A stretch of 64,000 nt of DNA from Octopus vulgaris (Eukaryota), in assembly GCA_951406725.2 (NCBI GenBank), contig OX597816.1:9672001-9736000 (forward strand), read 5' to 3'. How positions within the stretch are numbered: position 1 is the first letter of the stretch; each line of letters opens with the position of its first letter. Shown piece after piece: positions 52,191-64,000 of the stretch. Made by a program: the position numbers and the translations under genes. The notes below the pieces were generated by a model, which was not told the origin of the DNA, did no database searches, and saw only the letters and a program-made list of their open reading frames with translations.

Positions 52191-52765
52191 CTCAGGTCAA
52201 TGAAGGTTTAGTGAGTGAAGTTTTGTAGAAAAAGACTATATCAAGCAAAACCATTCCAGGTTTTAAATAGTAAACATTTTCATCACCGAGCTTGGCACCA
52301 CCACCACCACAACCAAGTGGATCTAGACTATCTTCAGCAGAGTCCACTATTTCAAGTATCCCTCATGCCAAGTTTCCAAATTAAAAATAAGTTCCTCTGT
52401 CCAATCTTGGAGGCCCAAAACAAATGTCTTGGGCACTACTATTGTCTATTTTGAGCTTTAAAGACTGTCCAGGTTTCAGCTTTATACCATTCCATAGTAA
52501 ACAACTATGTAAAGCTTCCCAATTTTATAAGTTGTGCCATGAAAAAAAAAAAGCACCCAGTTTGCTCTGTAAAATAGTTAGCATTAGGAAGGGCATCCAG
52601 CCAAACCATGTAAAAGCAGACATGGGATTTAAATGCAGTCTTCTGACTTATTGAATCTTATCAAATCAACCAATCCATGCCAGCATGGAAGGTGAACATT
52701 AAACGGTGACAATGATGGTGAAAAGCTAAAAGAAAACAGAAAGTAAAGTTATTCTTTAGAATTAA

Positions 52766-53160
52766 CTAGCAGTATCGCCTGGCGTTGCTCGGGTTTGTAA
52801 GGGAAATAACTATATAAGCATTTTTAGAGATGTAAAGTATAATAGCCATCTCAATATGGCTAACCAGAAAGCGGGGTGTTACTGTAGCTTTTTACGTTCT
52901 GAGATTTAATAATACATTTTTAGAGAGTTTACTTCCATTATATAATAGCAAAGAAATGCATTTAAAATGGGAAAAAATTATGGTAATTTTTTTTTAAATC
53001 GTAGACTCATCGTAGACGCGCACTAATACCCAGAAGGGCTCGATATGAATCACGACCATAAGATACCCGCTTTTGGTTACACTGCACCGCAAAATGTGGG
53101 AGTAGTTAGGAATCTAAATCGTAGGAGACAGACACACAACTTCACTTTTATATATAAAGA
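52766..53160 (-). mobile_element. Non-autonomous Helitron
   Basis: Minus strand starts TCTTTATATATAAAAG (5'-TC) and ends CCCGAGCAACGCCAGGCGATACTGCTAG|T (subterminal GC-rich hairpin, then CTAG); no TSD; CpG-rich relative to flanks. Confidence 0.82.
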
Positions 53161-54002
53161 CATTTTATCTGCATTCTTCCTAGCAGGATGAGGAAAGAAA
53201 CAAAAATTGGCTTTTGGGAGATGATAGGTCAAGTTTGATACTAAACGCTTTTAATGCCAAAATATAAGTGCTATTTTCTAGCTTGGTAGCTACAGTTTAA
53301 TATCTTAGGCATAACAAAAAGGCATATGGCATGTTTTGAGCTTGTAATGCCTTCAGGCAAGATATTCATACAGTAACTTCAATTTTGCTTAAGTGAAGAA
53401 CTGAACAGTGCCTGCAAATAAATATAAATGAATATCTGAAAATAAAAAGATAGTTTTTCTCTCTTTTCCTTCTTTATTTTCTTTTCTATTTGCCGTGTAA
53501 TGTTTTTAAAACAAGTTGTGTGGAGGGGAGATACACATAACATCTATTATACAAATTTTTTTCATTTTGCACAAATAGATTGCTTTCTTTTGTATAAAAT
53601 CTGAGCAATGCAACTCATCTATACATATGTATTAATCAGTTGTATGTACATAAAATGGCTGACAGAAAAAAGAAAAAAGATAACTTTTCAATTATTCTTT
53701 TACGTGATTCTGTAGACTTCATCTTACTTTAGGTTAGTATCTTTTCCTCTCTCCCATTCTCTCTCTCTCCTATTGACAACCCAGACAACTGCCTTTTTGT
53801 TTCTGTGTAAGAATGACAACATATTTGCAGATATCTCTATGTAGTCTAGTGCTACAAGAAACAAATCAAAAACCTGACTTCCTTTCAAAGCCATATTTCT
53901 AGCCTAAACAAAAATCAAGCATTGAATTTTATAAGAAAATATACACACAACATTAAGACCGAAAAGAAAAAAGCAACACGAGCTGATATTTAAACTTAGT
54001 TC

Positions 54003-54033
<31 letters not shown>

Positions 54034-54729
54034 ATCATCAGCATTACTATTATTATTGTTGCTGTTATTATTACTATTGTTATTATTATTATTATTATTA
54101 ATTACTGAGAACTAGTAGTAAAGGAAGCTACAATGTTACTGCTGTAAGAATCGAGTATTGAGAAAAATACTTATGCTATCAGTTCCAGAATGAAAGAGCT
54201 TATAATAAAATAGACAACTTCATTGAGGACTGACTGTAATCTCGGGATAGTGTCTTGAGTTTCCACATTGAAGCTGATAGTTCGATAATCCTATCTTCAT
54301 TTAATATCACTTAAATAATATCTTCTCTAGGCAAAGCATACATTACATTATGTTATTCTTAAACCAAATCCAAGACTAGTTAGTTGAAACTTATAGTACT
54401 TTCCTACAGGATGCTTAAAACAATAGATAAAGCCCATATTATTTGTAGCAATCAGCCTGCATTATCTTTCTTTTTTTTTAAACTATGTTTGTAAATAAAT
54501 TGATGTATGATGGCACTAATAGGTGGTAGGTTTTAATCTTATAAATTTAAAATGTGTTGCTTATTTTGAAGGTTTTCACATTTAGATGAATTTACAAGGA
54601 AACAAATAATGTAAATGGCTGTAAATGACTAGTGGCTGTGTTTATTTAAATGCAAACTTAGATTCTTTTACTTAAATTGATATTATATTTTCTATGCAAT
54701 ATACCAGGCAAGCTTGAAACACTTGGGTG

Positions 54730-54892
54730 CAAGCAAAGCTGTGTGGCTGAGAAGTTTGATTCCCATGCACATAGTTTCAGGTTCAGTCCCATCGTATGGT
54801 ATCTTGAGAGAACTTTTCTATTATATCACTGGGCCAACTAAAACCTTGCGAGTGGATTTGGTTGATAGAATCTGAAAGAAGCCATTGGATGA

Positions 54893-54933
<41 letters not shown>

Positions 54934-55250
54934 TGTGTGTGTGTGTATGTGTGTGTGTGAGTGTGTGTGTGTATGTGTGTGTGTATGTGTGTGTGAGTGT
55001 GTGTGAGTGTGTGTGTGTGTATGTGTGTGTGTATGTATGTGTGTGTGTGTGCACGCACGCTCACATGCATGCATGTATTTCAGTGTCTCCTTGTCTTGAT
55101 ACCACATGATAGTTGTAAGTGAGCATCTTCTCTGAAAACATGTCTAGCAAAGGGGGAATAATAGCATGATTAAAAACAGATGTGGATTGGTGCCTCAACA
55201 AATTCTGTATGATCCATGTGAACATGGAAAAGCAGACAGTAAAATTATGT
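54730..55250 (+). mobile_element. SINE family B with expanded (TG)n
   Basis: Head GCTGTGTGGCTGAGAAG...GGTTCAGTCCC; tail ATCCATGTGAACATGGAAAAGCAGAC. Confidence 0.75.
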
Positions 55251-55275
55251 TAATGAGGTACACACACACACATAC

Positions 55276-55316
<41 letters not shown>

Positions 55317-55380
55317 AATAGATAGATTGATATATATACACATGTAGATAGACTGTGTGTATGTGTGTGTGTACGTATAC

Positions 55381-55655
55381 ATCATCATTTAGCGTCCACT
55401 TTCTATGCTAGCATAGGTTGGACGGTTCAACTGGGGTCTGGGAAGCCAGAAAGCTGCACCAGGCCCAGTTTGATCTGGCAATGTTTCTACAGCTGGATGC
55501 CCTTCCTAACGCCAACCTCTCCATGAGTGTAGTGGGTGCTTTTTACGTGCCACCGGCATAGAGACCAGACGAAGCTGGCAACGGCCATGAACAGGTGGCG
55601 CTTTTTACGTGCCACCGGCACAAGGCCAGTCGGGGCGGTGCTGGCAATGGCCACA
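55381..55655 (-). mobile_element. RTE-type 3' end
   Basis: Same family as 31901-32210. Confidence 0.85.
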
Positions 55656-56485
55656 CAATAACATATATATGATGATGTTTACAACAACAGCAGTGAGCAA
55701 CAGTGATGATGATGATGTTGACATAATCTTATGGTTATGAACAATTTCATCTGTATCAGCTGTATAGCTAACACAATTTATATCCTTCTAATTACCTGTA
55801 TGCTGATATTTTTTTTTTTCAAAGGTCAACTTTTCATTTTGTAAATTAACAAATATCAAAATCCAGCTAAACTGCTTAATTTAAACCTTGACACTGAATT
55901 ACAAAAAATTCACAATGTACCCGAACCATTGCTAACAGTCTCGTTTCAATGTCAATGTTCGATGAATTAAATACACACCTATTTATAAATCGTCTGGTAA
56001 ATCCTGGTAAGAAGTCTTAAATCAAGTCCTTGATTCAAAGTATGTTATCAATGCAATACCTATAAAAATAGACAATCTTGCTTGAAGCTAGTTTTTCCAG
56101 CTGCTGTACATTTTTTTATATGCTTAGGCTTTGGTGTGATCATTGTTAATCATAGATTACCCAACTATACGTAAAAATACATTATATATTGACCACATTA
56201 TATAGTTATATTTGAACACTCATCATCATCATCAACAACATTGTTTCAATGTCCACGTTTTTGTTCGTGCCTGGTTTGAACAGAGTTTATTGAGGAAGAT
56301 TCTCTACAGCTGGATGCCCTTTCTGTCACCAACCCTAAAATGTTTCCAAGTAAGGTAATATTTTCCCATAACCAGATATTGTTTTTATAGAATATCAGAA
56401 ATTAATAATGATGCCACATGTATGACAGTAACACTCATTTACATCTATCATGTGATGTTAAGATGAGAAAGCACATACACAAGAG

Positions 56486-56795
56486 GCATTCTGTTGGTTA
56501 TGATGATGAGTGCTCCAATTGATCTGGTCAAGAGAAGAGCTTGCTTTTGAAATGAATATACAAATGGCTGTGCACTCTTCTGACACACATAAGCTTAATG
56601 CAGTTCTTAAGGAGATTCAGCATGAGACAGAGTGTGACAGGGCTGGCCCTTTGCAATGCAAGTGCCACTCATTTTTGCTAGCTGAGTGGACTGGAGCAAC
56701 ATGAAGGTGTCTTTTTTGAAGACACAATGTGCAGCCAGGTACCAAACTCAAGACCTTATGATCATGAACCAAATACCCTAACTACTGAGCCATGT
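56486..56795 (-). mobile_element. SINE family C nested in a family B SINE (56220-57015)
   Basis: Reverse complement of the 48450 family; the host SINE tail lies to the left and its head to the right. Confidence 0.75.
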
Positions 56796-56808
56796 TTTCC
56801 TATTACAC

Positions 56809-56849
<41 letters not shown>

Positions 56850-57868
56850 CGCTCACACACAAATAATGAGCTTCTTTCAGTTTCTACCAACCAAATCCAC
56901 TTGCAAGGCTTTGATCAACCTGGGGTTAGAAGAACCTTGCTTGAGGTGGCATGCAGTGGAACTGAACCTGAAACCATATGGTTGGGAAGTAAACTTCTCG
57001 ACAACAGAGCCATGCATCTATACGCATATCCAAAATATATTCACACTATAAATTACTTTGCACTTCTTCTGTTTTGCTCTCGCCTCTACTTTCTAAATTC
57101 CTATTTTCCATCTTTCATCCCTTGCTTACCAGAAGGAATGGTCAATTTCTCATGAGTTGCAAAGTGGTTCCCCAAGTCAGATTCTTCAAGATCATCTGAA
57201 TTGAATGCAACTTCAATAAATGAGCTTGGATTACAGGAAAAGGAATACAATTAATACAAAAAACATTTCACGAAAATTCTAAAAGTGTGATTCTTTTGTT
57301 TTCTTTTTTCATATTTTATTAAATGATATTCACAACCATTTAATTTTTCTGGGTTGATTTTATTTTATGTCATATTCATAAATCCTATTTCACGAGATAA
57401 ATAAACTGTAGTAAAATGAAATCCAAAAACAAACAAAAAAAATTAAAACAAAAAAAAAACGAATGCACACTAAGAAATATTTAAAAGCTTAGATTCTTTG
57501 TGTAATTCAAAAACTTTCTCAAGACAATGTTAATAGCAGCACTATTGCAGCTTAGTCAACAGACAGTATGAAGAGTTTAAGGAATCTTGATGTGACCTAG
57601 TTTGCAATCTACCCAAGTTAGTGGCCGATCAATCCAAACAGAATTTAAATTTAAAATCTCAGAAAAGATTCATCTATAAATACAATTAGTAAATGGAAAC
57701 TTTGAGAAACCTTAAAAAAAATTGTGAATTAAATAAAAGTGAGATAAAATAAACAAATAACATTATTGATTTAATAGTAATGGCTTCTTGTATACTTTTT
57801 AAGCTGTTTCTGTCTTCAGAAATACATAAGAGGAATTGTGTGTGCTTCATTTTATTTGTTTGTCTGAC

Positions 57869-57880
57869 GAGAGAGAGAGT

Positions 57881-57952
<72 letters not shown>
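57869..57952. repeat. (GA)n microsatellite
   Basis: Read directly. Confidence 0.95.
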
Positions 57953-57953
<1 letters not shown>

Positions 57954-59599
57954 TAGGTGGGTGCAGTGGCCATAGTGTTTATAGACCCTCCATAGTCTGG
58001 GAGATTGGGATGGATGGTTGCGGTTGACTGGTGGTGGTGGTGGTGGTGCAGATAACATTTTAATTTGAATTACAGGTTAGTAGTTAGAAAGGAATACTTG
58101 TGCATGCAAGGAAAGAGTTTCAAATGGATGTTGCTCTGGAGAAGATCGAGGCGAAGTGTCAGATGGAGTGGTAGTGGTGGTGGTGGTGGTGGTGGTGATG
58201 GGGGGATGATGAGAGGTGATGCGAGTGCAGCAAATGAACTTAAGTAGAGGGGAGTGGGGGTAGGAAGGAAGTAAAGATGAGCAAGTTCAGAAGTGTAGAA
58301 AACATTACAGTCGTGATAAAAGAAATATGTGTGAATTTGTTTAGATTTAGTTTTAAGCTTATCAGCACATTGCTTAAATTATTTCATTTTTTTGTAAATC
58401 TTGCATGAAAAAATTAGACAAATAACAGTTTTCTTTGTTCGTTGCTATGGAACCTAATTTCCACGTTTAAATAAATTATCTTTTCGTTTTAAAAATAAAG
58501 CAAGCAAGATAAAATGCTTATACAATATCAAAACTTACAAGGTATTTTTATAAAGACAATTCTTAAGGAGTAAGAGCTTTCTCTTTCTCTCTCTCTCTCT
58601 CTCTGTTTTACACACACACACATTCACATCTACATACACATTTACTCATACATTCACATATACATACACATTTACTCATACATACATACACGCATGCTAA
58701 ATACCATATCATATACCAGTGTTGGCAAATTCATTATGTAGCAGAACCCTTGCACAATTTCTTTAAAATGGAACCCAAACTTACAGACAACCCCTGTTAA
58801 TCTGATTTTAATAAAGCATTAAATGAAAATAAAGATTTTTTTAGAGTAAGGTTTTATTCATATTAGACATGGCTGTGTAGTTAACAAGTTTACTTTTTAA
58901 CCAAGTGGGTTCAGGTTCAGTCCCACAACACAGCACCGTGAGCAAGTGTCTTCTGCTATAGCCCCAAACTGATCAATGCCTTATGAGTGAATTTGATAGA
59001 TGGAAACTGTGTGGAAGTTTGTCATAAATAATTTTTTATATATATATATATTATATTTTGGCTCAATGCCAATATAGATGTTGGCTGGTTGATTTTTCCA
59101 GGTGTGTTTTACATTGTGTAAAGAGAGGGAGAGAGAGAAAAAAACAAAGAGATCCAGAGAGAGTTGACATAAGAGGTGCAGGTTGAGTGTCATAACTTTC
59201 TGAAAAATGCATGTTTTTTTTTTTTTTTGAAATTGTGCAGATAAGTTTTTGATGGAGTAGAAAATCAACCTAAATTATTTGCAAAAATCATGAAGGTACA
59301 AGTGCTGCTAATTGGACACTAGCAGACTTATGGAGCCATCAGGAGAGAATGTGTGCTGTTTTAGGGTTTTTCTCTCATCGGCATTATTGCCCCTACTTTA
59401 CTGAGATAAGGGTTCATATGTTAGATCAAGTGGTTACTAGGCATCACTCAATACTGTTCTAGCCATTTCTTACAATCTCTTTTTAACCAAATCTAGTGGC
59501 TTGATGTCTTCAATGTAGCCTGGATATCACTCATGAGAATATTTGCTCTATGTTGAGTTAGGCCTAGTGACAAATTTGTTTTATCTAATTTTATTTTAA

Positions 59600-60632
59600 G
59601 GTAATAAGTATTTTTCTTTTAAAAATCAACATTCATTTTGTCGTTTTGTACCAGCACCAAGACATTTGATAAAAGTTGAATTATAATTATTGTATGTATG
59701 CCATATTTCCTAGCATAACCCATTGGTGGCAAAAAGTACACTTCTAAATTTACCCGTCATATAATAGGTAACACCCTATTGATCAAATAACGCAGATGTG
59801 ATTTTATCCATGGTTTTTATAAGACACAGAAACAATAAAGAAATCTATTTGTTTTATAGATATTCTGGTTCTAATTTTATTCATTTATGCAACAAGTATG
59901 AGGACTAATAGAATAAATAGTTCTTGCAGTAGTTTCCATGCATTACGAGAACTTTTTGTAGTTTTATTTTTTGTTTTATTTATTATTATTTATTTATTTT
60001 TTGCGTGTTCAGTACATTAATTGTTCCTAAGAGCTGTCTTTAAAGTAAATCTAAACGACTAAAGAAAAAAAAAATCTAAGACAATAAAAAAAGAAACTGA
60101 GATAAGTGTATAAATATGGCTTCAGTAAACAGATAAAACAGTGTGAAATTTATCTGAATAATATTCCTTCATAAATATTTACCGTTTGTAGCTTTAGGAG
60201 ATGAACTTGGTAAATATTTGCTTGAAGCAGTTTTGGAGTAGAAGAACACAGCTATGTTTTATCTAGAGAAACCTGAAGTATTGTTGTTATACATAATGAA
60301 ATAAGCTTCAGACACTGGTTCTAGCAAGTATAAGTAAACATTAAACTAGATTTTAATAGAATAGAAATTTCAGGACAATTTCAAAAGAGGCTATAGAAAA
60401 GCGCTATTCTACTGCTGGTTGCAATATCTTCTCAAAATGTTAAGTAGTATTTTAAGAACTAGATTGTTACCTATCATATGATGGGTAACTTTGAAACTAC
60501 ACTTTTGCCACCATGGGTAATATTAGAAAATATGGCAATACATACAATTATAATATAACTTTATTAAATTTCTTGGTGTTTATACAGAATGATGACATGA
60601 ATACTAATGTTAAAAAAAAAAAATTTACTACC
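59600..60632. mobile_element. ~1 kb non-autonomous DNA transposon with ~175-bp imperfect TIRs and TTAA TSD (Kolobok-like termini)
   Basis: TTAA(59596-99)-GGTAATAA...; ...TTACTACC-TTAA(60633-36). 59600-59775 aligns with the reverse complement of 60462-60632. Confidence 0.8.
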
Positions 60633-60636
60633 TTAA

Positions 60637-60970
60637 CCCTTTAACATTTAATCAGATAATATCCAGCCCAAATATTCTACCTGTTTCATGTTAAAACTGA
60701 CCAGATCCAACCTCTCACACCTATCCTACAATGTCATTCTAAAAATATAGAAACATGCCATTGAACCCTTTAATCATTTAATCAGATAATATCCATGCCC
60801 AAATATTCGACCTGTTTCATGTTAAAACTGCACCAGGCCAGTCAGATCTGGCAGTGTTTCTACAGCTGGATGCCCTTCCTAACGCCGTACAAGATAATGT
60901 GTAATTAATTCAAAACCAATGTGAATAAATAGGCTAATACACTTGATGAAGAAGCCTGAATGCTAAAGGT
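60637..60970. mobile_element. TTAA MITE (25610 family), internally rearranged
   Basis: TTAA-CCCTTTAA...CTAAAGGT-TTAA; its first ~65 bp recur at 60764-60830. Confidence 0.8.
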
Positions 60971-61481
60971 TTAAAATAAAACTAAATAAAACAAATTTCT
61001 CATTTGTATAACTCTGCCCTCAACTAATCTGTCATTTACTCTCTCCTGCTCTTCTATCTTCATGATTTTTTTCTCTCTTACTCTGTGTGTGTATATACTC
61101 ATTGCCTGCTTCCAAGCCTAGAATGTGCACCCATCCTGCACTTCTTATATTAACTCTCTCTGTATCTCTCTTTCTCTCTCTTTTTCCCTCTCTCTATACC
61201 ATATATAGTATTACAGAAGAAATCAAACAACAAACTAAATAACATTTATGTTGGCTATTATTTTATAGAGATTTTAGAACTTGTTATAGATTTCAGTTAT
61301 TTTCTTGCAATAATATTAATTTTAGAAATGCTTGTTAAAAGAAGGGAAAGAAAACAATTAACGATCTCTATGTAAATTAGATAAGATTTTGAATATTCAT
61401 TGCTTTATTTTTGAATTATTGAGAAGAAAGATGATAATGATGTTAGTTTCATTAAGGTATTTCATGTAATAAATATTGACC

Positions 61482-62428
61482 ATAATAATAATGATAATAA
61501 TAATGATTTCATTTATTTGCCACAAGGGTGAAGGACGAGAGGGACAATACAGAGACAGACATAAAGTGTGGAGGTTTACATGAAATAATGAAATGATACA
61601 TGGTATACACTGGAAAAGATGAGACACGCATAGCATACAAAGGTAATGATAGAGAGGATGGTAGAGATGTGGCCCTCTATTGAGGAGCCCCACTGTCCGA
61701 GATTTCCCTGAAGCCCTCTCCAACTTACAGGTCTACACTTAGAGAGGTACCATCCACTCTTGCCATTTTCACAACTTTCACCCACTTTTGAATAAATTCA
61801 CTCGAGGATAGAACTTCCCTCTCTACTCCCAATTTCCTTTTCAAGTGAAACTTGAAAAAGTCAATAAGAGCTCTACCAAAGAAGAATGTATCTGTTCTCA
61901 TGCCTTTCAACCTTGTCTATCAAATAACCTCTTTCGTCACAGCCACCAGGCAAAAGAAAACTGCCTTTCCGGCCCAACTGAAGGAGGGCAGTGGTGCAAT
62001 CATTACTACAGACTCAGCTGACAGATGGATCTGTCCCACATGTGACTGCAGCTGTTCAACATAACCCCACAAGTCAGCAATGCCTGGACACTGAATGAGG
62101 ACATGCAGAATGGTTCCATCACTCTGCACGCACCTCAGACAAGTCCATCTGACAGCACATCTGTTCCTGTAGAGCTTGTCTCGAACTGGTAGCAGACCAC
62201 CCTTCCTATAGCACAGCCAAGCCAAAGACATCTGGAAATTATCCATGATAGTTCCTGACCAGAAACTCCTCTGGAACAGACTAGCCAGTTTGTTCTCATC
62301 AGCACTCAGAATCTCCCCCGGGAACATCCTTGCACTCCCCCACCACTAATCCTCTATAAATTTCTAAAGCGGAACATCCATTATCCCATTGCCTGACTGA
62401 TAGAGGGTTGTGAGCGCCTGACAACATT
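61482..62428 (-). mobile_element. 5'-truncated Tx1/L1-clade LINE 3' end (zf-RVT-like region, 3' UTR, (ATT)n tail)
   Basis: ORF 61920..62327 has LPVRDKL...TCLRC...TILHVLIQCP..ADLW (CCHC knuckle); continues in ORF 61725..61910; tail at 61482-61505. Confidence 0.85.
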
Positions 62429-62479
62429 AAATATTTGCTTCAATCTACCAAATATTGAACAGTCATGTAATAATAGTAA

Positions 62480-63005
62480 CTGTCCTGATGCAGTATCAGA
62501 CAGTGCCTCTCATAGCTTCTGATCTTAACTGATTGGAAGTGTTATCATATACATTGTTTTGTCTTGGTATATAAGATGAGCTACAACAAATATTCTGCTC
62601 AAAACCACAGATTTGATTGTCAGTTGTTTGACTGTCACCAGTTGAGTATGTCCCTTATTAGCTGACGATATGTGCATCTCTGATCACAAGCAGAAGTAGT
62701 GGGGGAACATCATAGCCATATGTTGGGAGGAATTCTTTGGGGTTTGGATAATTCACCTCAGGAAACATGGATGTCTCATTCAACATCCTTAAACAACCCT
62801 TATTCAGGGACCTTGTGAGCAGGATGGGCTACTCAACTTGCAAGGTCTTGCATTGTTTATCTTGATATGATATCACCATGTCGTGAACATATGGTTATGA
62901 TGCATGTTCTTGGTGTAACCTTATCAGACAGTAGTCATGATGGGTATACTGAGCTTCATATATTTTACCCCAGTGTCACTTGGATGGCATGCACTGTTCT
63001 CTCAC

Positions 63006-63006
<1 letters not shown>
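62480..63006. repeat. Unclassified dispersed repeat ending at an (AAT)n tract
   Basis: Homologous to 43940-44285; (AAT)n at 63007-63080. Confidence 0.7.
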
Positions 63007-63060
<54 letters not shown>

Positions 63061-63262
63061 TAATAATAATAATAACAATAACCAATGAATCTGATTCTTT
63101 CTCATTTAACTTTGAATGAAATTAAGCAGTTTTGAAGAGAAGAGAACCACAAAATATTCATTTTCTTTTTTGACGACATTTAAAGCCTAATATTGCTAAA
63201 ATTAGGACATTGTCAAGCTTAGTAAGCAAACCTTCAATTTTGGTCAGAAATAAGTAGTTAAT

Positions 63263-63488
63263 AAACCCTTTCATTACCATATTCCTAATGAAATACAGTC
63301 TTTATTTCAATATATTTTGAAAATAATGAAGAACCTACTAAAATAACTTTGTCATTATTAAGCTGGTATTTGAAACACAAATTAACATGACATTTTAAAG
63401 GAAGGTTTTGATTTGGATCGCTTTAAAACAGAAGTTTGTATTGTAAGACCAGAGTCAGTCTCAGACAGATTGGTATCACAAGGGTTAA
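63263..63488. mobile_element. MITE with AACCCTT...AAGGGTTAA termini
   Basis: Termini read directly; diverged relatives at ~12735-12925, 32570-32780, 40780 and 41372. Confidence 0.75.
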
Positions 63489-63814
63489 CAGCAAGAGAAG
63501 GACAAAATATACAAGAAGTGATAAGCTGCCACATTAAATATATTGCAAAAGAAAAAAGAAAACAGGTTAATAGAAAAATTCTCCAAAAATACAAAATAAT
63601 ATGCAAAAAGAAAAAAAACAAACAAAAAGCTTATCACAACTGATAAAATTAAAAGAGAATTATTGAATATTCTTGATATGTTGTCATGTTATAAATTCAG
63701 CTTGATGTCTTTGGAAAAAAACATACTTCAAATATGAATTTAAAATATTTAAATTTGTTGTCATTTTTACTCTTTAACCCTTTTGATACTAATTTGCCTG
63801 AGATTACGACTTAT

Positions 63815-64000
63815 ATAATAATGAAATTATTGTATACAGTGCTCAGGTGCACCACAACTTGTCAGAAGTGCGTATAAAGCATATGCAGTAATGTACAAAT
63901 GTCTGGGAAGTGAACAGTGTATGAGTCAGATACATGCTTTCGTGTGTATGGAGGGAAGAAAATCAGGTGTAGTGTTGGTGAATCTCAGGAAGCATGGAAG
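63815..64000 (-). mobile_element. Probable LINE 3' end with (ATT)n tail, continuing beyond the window
   Basis: Minus strand gives ...SMLPEIHQHYT* then a UTR ending ATAATTTCATTATTAT; it interrupts a MITE start at ~63774. Confidence 0.5.

Noticed and set aside
58621-58680. 30-bp tandem duplication (similar short ones at ~27597, ~30143 and ~39146)
   Set aside because: Ordinary slippage products in low-complexity DNA.

Overview
AT-rich, repeat-saturated animal genomic DNA, probably intronic or intergenic. The repeat landscape (tRNA-head SINEs with internal microsatellites, RTE-type tails ending in (GAT)n, TTAA MITEs, abundant TA/TG/GA/GATA tracts) suggests a cephalopod, probably Octopus; this is inference, not a database result. 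No host protein-coding gene is recognisable, and nearly all listed ORFs are microsatellite or SINE read-through. Real coding remnants are all transposon-derived: three CR1/Jockey-like LINE pieces, an R4/Dong RT fragment, a Tx1/L1-like 3' end, an RTE end and a decayed mariner transposase. There is also a non-autonomous Helitron, a ~1 kb TTAA-flanked element with long TIRs, and several MITEs. The most striking signal is RNA-structural: at least four unrelated minimal type I hammerhead ribozyme folds with palindromic helix III (Penelope-like/retrozyme type) at ~4.8, 9.65/9.83, 13.6 and 30.5 kb. One sits in a tRNA-headed, TSD-flanked element with a Penelope-style inverted terminal copy, a candidate hammerhead-bearing SINE. 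Several local templated duplications and a probable SINE/Tx1 shared 3' tail are also visible. Boundaries of old repeats are approximate.
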